Shown: one piece after another, positions 55,440 to 60,562 of the stretch | How the letters are laid out: each line of letters opens with the position of its first letter | Position numbering within the stretch: the stretch's first letter is position 1 | NCBI GenBank assembly: GCA_964367945.1 | Contig: CAYIZZ010000001.1 | Location: 4,222-64,783, forward strand | Source: an uncultured Oscillospiraceae bacterium | GTDB taxonomy: Bacteria > Bacillota > Clostridia > Oscillospirales > Ruminococcaceae | Length of the DNA: 60,562 bases | Direction of reading: 5' to 3' | Program-made: the position numbers and the translations under genes | Notes under the pieces: generated by a model | Databases searched by the model: none | Seen by the model: the letters and a program-made list of their open reading frames with translations, nothing else | Told to the model about the DNA's origin: nothing

Positions 55440-56438
55440 ATGAAAAAAATAAACAACTTAAACGCTGATACTTTAAAACTATTTGGACGATCCCTAACAA
55501 GGGAATATAGCTTTGTTTTGTCATTTATATTTTTGGTTATTATCGGAGCAATCGTAAACCAAAACTTTTTTACTTGGAACAACTTATCTAATTTGTTCGT
55601 ACAAGGAAGCATGATAGGCCTTATCTCCATGGGCATGACGATGGTTATCGGTGCAGGACTTATCGATATTTCTGTTGGCTCGCAAGTAGCGCTTATCAGC
55701 GGATTTGGCATTTGGGTGCTGAACGCTTCCGGTAGCATATTTGTAATGCTACTATTTTGTGTTGCTTTTGGTGTATTTATGGGATTTATTAATGGCCTAC
55801 TTGTCACAAAAGGCGGAATGCCGGCAATGATTGCAACACTTGCCACAATGAGTGCCGCCCGTGCAATTGTCAACTACTACGGAGCAAGCGGTCCTTTCAC
55901 GGTAGACAAAGAATATTTCGACAGCTTCAGGCAGATAGCTGTGGGTGGTATCCAGCTTAGCGAAACAGTTACCATTCCATATCTAATGATTATCTTCATA
56001 GTTGCGGTTGTGATATTTGATGTTGTTATGAAACAAACAAAGCTGGGCAAGCATATTTTTGCAGTGGGTAGTAATGAAAAATCTGCACGCTTATCGGGTA
56101 TAAATATAGATGCAATAAAAACCTATACATTTATGATTACCGGTGCTATGTGCGGAATAGCGGCATTACTTTACGCTTCAAGAACAACTGCTGTAGCAGC
56201 AGCGTCGGCGGCGATAAGCTGGGAGATGGACGCCATTGCAGGTGTTGCAATCGGTGGCACATCAATGAGCGGCGGCCGTGGAAAAATACTGGGAACATTC
56301 TTAGGCGTGCTAATGTTCAGAATCATCAGCAATATTTTGACTGCCGCAGATGTTTCTTCTTACTTGAACGGTGCTATAACTGCTGCCATAATTGTTTTTG
56401 CAGTGCTTTTGCAAAACTTCCAAAACAGACGTCGCTAA
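55440..56438 (+). CDS. Sugar ABC transporter permease (RbsC/branched type)
   Basis: It has about 9-10 TM helices. The conserved block is GIDISVGS..; SARLSGINI and GGTSMSGGRG are typical of this permease family. Confidence 0.9.
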   Translation: MKKINNLNADTLKLFGRSLTREYSFVLSFIFLVIIGAIVNQNFFTWNNLSNLFVQGSMIGLISMGMTMVIGAGLIDISVGSQVALISGFGIWVLNASGSIFVMLLFCVAFGVFMGFINGLLVTKGGMPAMIATLATMSAARAIVNYYGASGPFTVDKEYFDSFRQIAVGGIQLSETVTIPYLMIIFIVAVVIFDVVMKQTKLGKHIFAVGSNEKSARLSGINIDAIKTYTFMITGAMCGIAALLYASRTTAVAAASAAISWEMDAIAGVAIGGTSMSGGRGKILGTFLGVLMFRIISNILTAADVSSYLNGAITAAIIVFAVLLQNFQNRRR

Positions 56439-56465
56439 TAAATTTGTTTTCATTGGAGATGAATT

Positions 56466-57515
56466 ATGATAAAAATAGGAATAATCGGATGCGGGAAAAT
56501 AACTGAAGTTAGGCATGCACCGGAATATAGCGAGAATCCAAATTGTGAGCTTGTTGGTTTTTTTGATGTTGACACCGAAAAATCCCAAGCATTTGCAAAG
56601 CAATATAATGGCAAGGCGTTTAGCAGCGTGGAAGAAATGCTGAAAAGCGATATTGATGCCGTCAGCGTTTGTGCTGCAAATCGATTTCATGCAGAGATAA
56701 GTATACAAGCGTTAAATGCCGGAAAACATGTTCTTTGCGAAAAGCCGATGGCAACCACCGAGAAAGATTGCTATGCCATGGTAGATGCGGCAGAAAAAAA
56801 CAATAAATTCCTGATGATAGGCCTAAACCAGAGAATGGCAAAAGCTCACGTTAAGGCAAAGGAAATATTGAATAGCGGCGAGATGGGAGAACTGCTGACA
56901 TTTGAGACACACTTCTCACATCCGGGCCCCGAAGGATGGACAGGCGTTGCAAACTCTTGGTTTTTTGATAAAAAGACAGCCCAGTTTGGTGTAATGGCAG
57001 ATTTGGGCGTTCATAAAACCGATTTGCTGTATTATCTTACAGACAAAAAGATTGTAAAAACGTCAGCTATTTTAAATACAGTTGATAAAAAATATCCCGA
57101 CGGAAAAATGATTGATGTTGACGATAATGCTATTGCCATATATACTTTAGAGAGTGGACCTGTTGGCACAATGCATGTAAGTTGGGTAAATCATGGTGCC
57201 GAGGACAATTCCACTAAGCTGTATTGCAAAAACGGAGTTATACGTATATATGACGACCCGAAATATTCACTGATTGTGGAGAAAAAAGACGGTGACGTGA
57301 TAAAATACAAACTGGATCAGCTGACATCAAACAAAGAGCAAACCACAGGCAGCCGCACGTCAACAGGAATAATTGATGCATTCATAGATTCGATTGTAAA
57401 CAATTGTCAGCCTGCTATCAGTGGAAACAGCGCGTTACATGCAATGCAGGTGATTTTTGCAAACCAAAAATCTGCCGAAAGCGGAAAAACCGAGATTGTA
57501 GAATTAAGAGGGTAA
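56466..57515 (+). CDS. Gfo/Idh/MocA-family NAD(P)-dependent oxidoreductase
   Basis: It has an N-terminal Rossmann motif (IKIGIIGCGKI) and the EKP catalytic motif (HVLCEKPMA). Confidence 0.9.
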   Translation: MIKIGIIGCGKITEVRHAPEYSENPNCELVGFFDVDTEKSQAFAKQYNGKAFSSVEEMLKSDIDAVSVCAANRFHAEISIQALNAGKHVLCEKPMATTEKDCYAMVDAAEKNNKFLMIGLNQRMAKAHVKAKEILNSGEMGELLTFETHFSHPGPEGWTGVANSWFFDKKTAQFGVMADLGVHKTDLLYYLTDKKIVKTSAILNTVDKKYPDGKMIDVDDNAIAIYTLESGPVGTMHVSWVNHGAEDNSTKLYCKNGVIRIYDDPKYSLIVEKKDGDVIKYKLDQLTSNKEQTTGSRTSTGIIDAFIDSIVNNCQPAISGNSALHAMQVIFANQKSAESGKTEIVELRG

Positions 57516-57520
57516 GATTT

Positions 57521-58507
57521 ATGAGACCTATTACGCTAACAACAGGCCAGTATGGAGATATTCCGTTTGACGAGCTTTGCAGTATAATGTCTGACATAGG
57601 ATATGACGGACTGGAGATTGCATGTCATGCGCATCTGGATGCAAAAAAGTATGTCAGTGATGAAAGTTATCGCGAAAGTATCAACGACACATTAAAAAAG
57701 AATAACCTTAAAGTGTGGGCTCTTGGGGCACATTTGGCAGGACAATGTGTTGGGGATAACTGGGATGAACGGCTTGACAATTTTGCTCCGTCTGAGCTGC
57801 ACGGAAAGCCTGAAGAAATAAGGGCGTGGGCTATTGAGGAAATGAAACAAGTAGCCTATGCCGCAAAACTGATGGGTGTAAGTGTTGTTACAGGTTTCAC
57901 AGGCTCGCCCATTTGGCCGTATTGGTATTCTTTTCCACAAACCGATAAAGCTATGGTAAACGGAGGTTTTGAAAAGATAAAGGAGCTTTGGACACCGATA
58001 TTTGATGTTTTCGATGAATGTGGTGTGAAGTTCGCCTTAGAGGTGCATCCTGCAGAAATTGCGTTTGACTACTACAGCACCCAAAAATTGTTGGAAGTAT
58101 TTGATCATCGTCCCACTTTGGGGGTAAACTTCGATCCTTCGCATTTATTATGGCAGGGTGTTAATCCTTGTATTTTCTTGAGAGACTTCGCCAGCCGCAT
58201 TTATCATGTTCACATGAAGGATGTCAAAATACGCAAAGATGGCAAGGCTGGAATTTTAGGCAGCCATATTGATTTTGGCGATTTGCGCAGAGCATGGAAT
58301 TTTGTTTCTCTTGGACACGGCGATGTGGACTTTGATGATATCATTAGAGAACTGAATGCAATGAAGTACACCGGACCGTTATCTGTTGAGTGGGAAGATT
58401 CAGGCATGGAAAGAATGTATGGTGCACGTGAGGCTTTTGAGTTCACAAAAAGAGTTAATTATGAGCCATCGAATATTGCGTTTGATTCAGCACTAAAATC
58501 TGATTAA
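57521..58507 (+). CDS. Sugar phosphate isomerase/epimerase-like TIM-barrel protein (xylose isomerase-like fold)
   Basis: The ATG at 57521 follows AAGAGGG and the upstream stop. The track start at 57404 would overlap the previous gene by 112 nt. It reads GYDGLEIA, FALEVHP, NFDPSHL and HVHMKD. Confidence 0.85.
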   Translation: MRPITLTTGQYGDIPFDELCSIMSDIGYDGLEIACHAHLDAKKYVSDESYRESINDTLKKNNLKVWALGAHLAGQCVGDNWDERLDNFAPSELHGKPEEIRAWAIEEMKQVAYAAKLMGVSVVTGFTGSPIWPYWYSFPQTDKAMVNGGFEKIKELWTPIFDVFDECGVKFALEVHPAEIAFDYYSTQKLLEVFDHRPTLGVNFDPSHLLWQGVNPCIFLRDFASRIYHVHMKDVKIRKDGKAGILGSHIDFGDLRRAWNFVSLGHGDVDFDDIIRELNAMKYTGPLSVEWEDSGMERMYGAREAFEFTKRVNYEPSNIAFDSALKSD

Positions 58508-58779
58508 CACAATGCTTGAAACTAGCTAGGCCTAAAACATTGTCCCATTTGCCTCAAATATGTACTACTTCAAGATGTACATTGAAAAGCGCTATGGGAT
58601 TTTTTGCAAAAATATATATCTACTGATAAGGGGAAGTTTGCCATTGTGCGAACTTCCTCTCATTGTGCAAACAATAAATATCCACCGGCTAAGCCGGTAG
58701 CTTTTCTTATGCGGGCGTAGACCTCTTATACTGGCAGCCCTCTTAGGGCTTTTTACGCTCTGGCACTTGCAAAAGATTG

Positions 58780-59253
58780 TTACTTGCTACCCATAAACGG
58801 GTCTGTGTATTCTTTCATGGTTAATTGGTCGTGAAGTTTATCTTCTTCTATCTGACCTTTGATATATTCTTCAATCTTCTTTGCATTTTTACCTGCCGTG
58901 TCCACATAGTATCCCCTGCACAAAAATGAGCGGGTTCCATACTTGTATTTTAAATTACCGTGCCTTTCATGTATCATCAGGCTACTTTTTCCTTTTAAAA
59001 ACCCTACAAAGCCTGATACACTTATTTTAGGCGGTATCTCTACGAGCATATGAATATGATCTTTGCACAGCTCTGCTTCTACTATTGCTACACCTTTCCA
59101 ATCGCAAAGTTGTCTTAATATTTTTCCTATGTTGTTTCGTATTTCTCTATACACTATTTTTCTACGATATTTCGGCGCAAATACTATATGGTATTTGCAA
59201 TTCCATTTCGTGTGCCCAAGGGGGCAGACCCTGCGATAAACTATTATTGTCAC
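58780..59253 (-). CDS. tnpA: IS200/IS605-family Y1 (HUH) transposase TnpA
   Basis: It reads HTKWNCKYHIVFAPKYRR, HUH in DHIHMLVEIPP, and the catalytic Tyr region YIKGQ. It has a GTG start. Confidence 0.9.
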   Translation of the reverse strand: MTIIVYRRVCPLGHTKWNCKYHIVFAPKYRRKIVYREIRNNIGKILRQLCDWKGVAIVEAELCKDHIHMLVEIPPKISVSGFVGFLKGKSSLMIHERHGNLKYKYGTRSFLCRGYYVDTAGKNAKKIEEYIKGQIEEDKLHDQLTMKEYTDPFMGSK

Positions 59254-59269
59254 TTCTCAATTCTGTGAC

Positions 59270-59329
59270 CTCCTTTTGATTTTGCTTGTGCAGCCCTCTG
59301 ACCGCACTTTTATTATAAATCAAAAGGAG
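59270..59329 (-). promoter_or_regulatory. 5'-UTR stem-loop that sequesters the tnpA Shine-Dalgarno
   Basis: A perfect 13-bp pairing joins AAATCAAAAGGAG (containing the SD, 59282-59270 on the minus strand) to CTCCTTTTGATTT (59329-59317 on the minus strand). Confidence 0.75.
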
Positions 59330-59385
59330 TTTTTTATCTTAATTTAGCTGAAAGCGTTGACCCCCACATAGTCGGTGGTTGTTTG

Positions 59386-59433
59386 CACAAAACAAAGACA
59401 TGGTATCACCGATTTTTGGTGATACCATGTCTT
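59386..59433 (-). terminator. Rho-independent terminator of the 59435-59608 gene
   Basis: A perfect 16-bp stem pairs aagacatggtatcacc with ggtgataccatgtctt. On the minus strand TTTGTTTTG follows. Confidence 0.85.
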
Positions 59434-59434
59434 G

Positions 59435-59608
59435 TTATGTTAAGGGGTAGTTTGCTTTTTCCATTTTTTGCCTTTTCCACTGTTCAAACTCTCGCTTGCC
59501 CTCGTCACTCTCGAAATATATTTGTATCTCCGGCAGGAGTACCCTTGCCAGACTTTCGAGCTCGTATTTTGGGATTTCGGATTTTTTTACCGCCTTTTGT
59601 TCGCCCAT
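59435..59608 (-). CDS. Small hypothetical protein (57 aa)
   Basis: I prefer the second ATG (59608), which is preceded by GAGAGGG. It begins MGEQKAVKKSEIPKYELESLARVLLPEIQ.. I cannot name a family with confidence. Confidence 0.5.
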   Translation of the reverse strand: MGEQKAVKKSEIPKYELESLARVLLPEIQIYFESDEGKREFEQWKRQKMEKANYPLT

Positions 59609-59946
59609 AAACCCTCTCGCTTTCATATTAAATTTTCAAGGTACTATGTACTTGCTACTTCCAGAAAGGCTGATTGCTCTTTTTATGGCTTTTAGTGTAG
59701 CTATACTACTGTGCTTATGTTAATGCTTGTAAGCCTTGCTATGCAGCCATCTAGTAGCTTCAACTTTTCTACTGTATTTTGTTTATAATAATAACATTTA
59801 ATAAACTATATTGTTATTATAGCGTGTCATGCTGTTCATTGCAAACAAATAAACAACAAATTATGTTTGACGATATATCAGTGAAAATCTAAACTAAAAT
59901 TGATGATTTTAAGAGTATTTTCGACTTCGACAATATTTTCCACTGA

Positions 59947-59975
59947 TTGACAAATTAGACCTATATGTTTATGAT
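59947..59975 (+). promoter_or_regulatory. Candidate sigma-A promoter for the XRE-like gene
   Basis: A consensus TTGACA (59947-59952), a 17-nt spacer, then TATGAT (59970-59975). Confidence 0.55.
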
Positions 59976-60009
59976 ATAAATATCTAATAAACACGAGGAG
60001 GTTTTCACC

Positions 60010-60562
60010 TTGATATATGATGAAAAACAATCACGCATCACAAAAAAACGCCTAATGCAGCTACGCAAAAAGAATAATTTGTCCTTTGAACAGCTCTCTA
60101 AAGCACTTTCGGAGCGTGGGACACATATCAGCCATACAAACCTCAAAAACTACGAAATCCTCGACCCTGAGCACCCTATTTACGCTCGTACACGCAGTAT
60201 GAGTATTGAGTATCTCGTGGGTTTTGCCGACTTCTATGACGTTTCTATTGAATATCTGCTTGGCATATCCAACTCCAAAAAGAATGAATACAGCGATATT
60301 TCCGAGCGGCTTGGTTTGTCTGATGATGCCATTGACAGACTTGTGCAATGCAAGGAGAGTTCAGAAGAAAACGGCGATATCAAGCCACCGTTTCAGCGTG
60401 ATACCGTTATTTTGAACAATTTTCTAACCAGTGACACATTTGACTATGTGATGGAGAAAATCAAGCTGAGCCTGTTTGCGGATTTTATGTACAAGTTGAG
60501 CCAAAACGCACAGCAGGAGTTTTTTCGTGAGCAGAACGCTACTGAGCTTGAAAAGTCACGAG
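60010..60562 (+). CDS. XRE-family HTH protein (phage/ICE repressor-like). The 3' end runs off the window and it is not in the ORF track.
   Basis: A TTG start lies 9 nt after AGGAGG. The frame is open to base 60562. The HTH reads LRKKNNLSFEQLSKALSERGTHISHTNLKNYE....MSIEYLVGFADFYDVSIEYLLG. Confidence 0.7.
   Translation, partial: MIYDEKQSRITKKRLMQLRKKNNLSFEQLSKALSERGTHISHTNLKNYEILDPEHPIYARTRSMSIEYLVGFADFYDVSIEYLLGISNSKKNEYSDISERLGLSDDAIDRLVQCKESSEENGDIKPPFQRDTVILNNFLTSDTFDYVMEKIKLSLFADFMYKLSQNAQQEFFREQNATELEKSR

Larger units (their letters stand above)
58695..59376 (-). mobile_element. IS200-type insertion sequence (IS200/IS605 family, tnpA only); ends known to within 4 nt
   Basis: It has a Y1 HUH transposase gene and subterminal hairpins, with gcagccctct near both ends. 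The flanks reconstitute a palindrome when the element is removed, and cggt is present at both junctions. Length is about 680 bp. Confidence 0.75.

Noticed and set aside
57404-57520. Upstream extension of the TIM-barrel gene used by the ORF track
   Set aside because: It would overlap the preceding oxidoreductase gene by 112 nt and encodes a Cys/Arg/Lys-rich stretch. An ATG with AAGAGGG lies right after the upstream stop, at 57521.
1-60562. Scan for tRNA, rRNA, CRISPR arrays, reverse transcriptases and known defence-gene signatures
   Set aside because: The only tRNA-like T-arm (GGTTCGATTCC) is the 3' end of tmRNA. I saw no rRNA-like sequence, no regularly spaced repeats, no RT (YxDD) motif, and no nuclease or ATPase defence hallmarks in any ORF.

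Overview
This 60.6-kb chromosomal window comes from a low-GC Gram-positive, Clostridia-like genome. The evidence is strong GGAGG-type Shine-Dalgarno sites, frequent TTG/GTG starts, and the ffs-dnaX-ybaB-recR and smpB-ssrA synteny. In order, it contains the following.
(1) A cell-surface glycan-modifying trio: a phosphodiester glycosidase, an anchored unknown protein and a PIG-L deacetylase.
(2) A PAS/GAF-GGDEF-EAL c-di-GMP protein.
(3) A large transport/catabolic locus rich in paralogs, at about 6-27.5 kb. It holds a Dabb protein, 2x M24 hydrolase, a small Cys-rich ORF absent from the ORF track, 3x iron alcohol dehydrogenase (each with its own copied promoter and terminator), an AraC regulator, a five-gene Dpp/Opp-type ABC importer, 2x TPR-like paralogs, 3x RidA-fold paralogs lacking the catalytic Arg, a DMT permease, an aldo/keto reductase with an Fe-S domain, and a fused dihydroxyacetone kinase.
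(4) Housekeeping genes: a DUF975 fusion membrane protein, a GGDEF sensor, NADH oxidase, an isolated hisB, pta, SRP RNA, dnaX, ybaB, recR, smpB and tmRNA.
(5) An AT-rich island of about 5 kb just downstream of ssrA. It carries a large serine recombinase, a divergent regulatory module with a 30-bp palindrome, an iteron-like repeat array and cargo of unknown function.
(6) A tightly coupled operon resembling a heptose pathway (SIS/GmhA-like, ROK kinase, RfaE-like PfkB kinase, unknown 329-aa protein, HAD), with a divergent ROK regulator and a mutarotase.
(7) A LacI-controlled sugar ABC system with a Gfo/Idh/MocA oxidoreductase and a TIM-barrel isomerase-like protein.
(8) An IS200-type element inserted into a palindromic motif. 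A second copy of that motif sits directly after the recombinase gene.
(9) The start of another mobile-element-like module (XRE-family HTH).
I saw no CRISPR array, no rRNA, and no tRNA other than the tRNA-like domain of tmRNA. All family calls rest on motifs read by eye. No database search was run.
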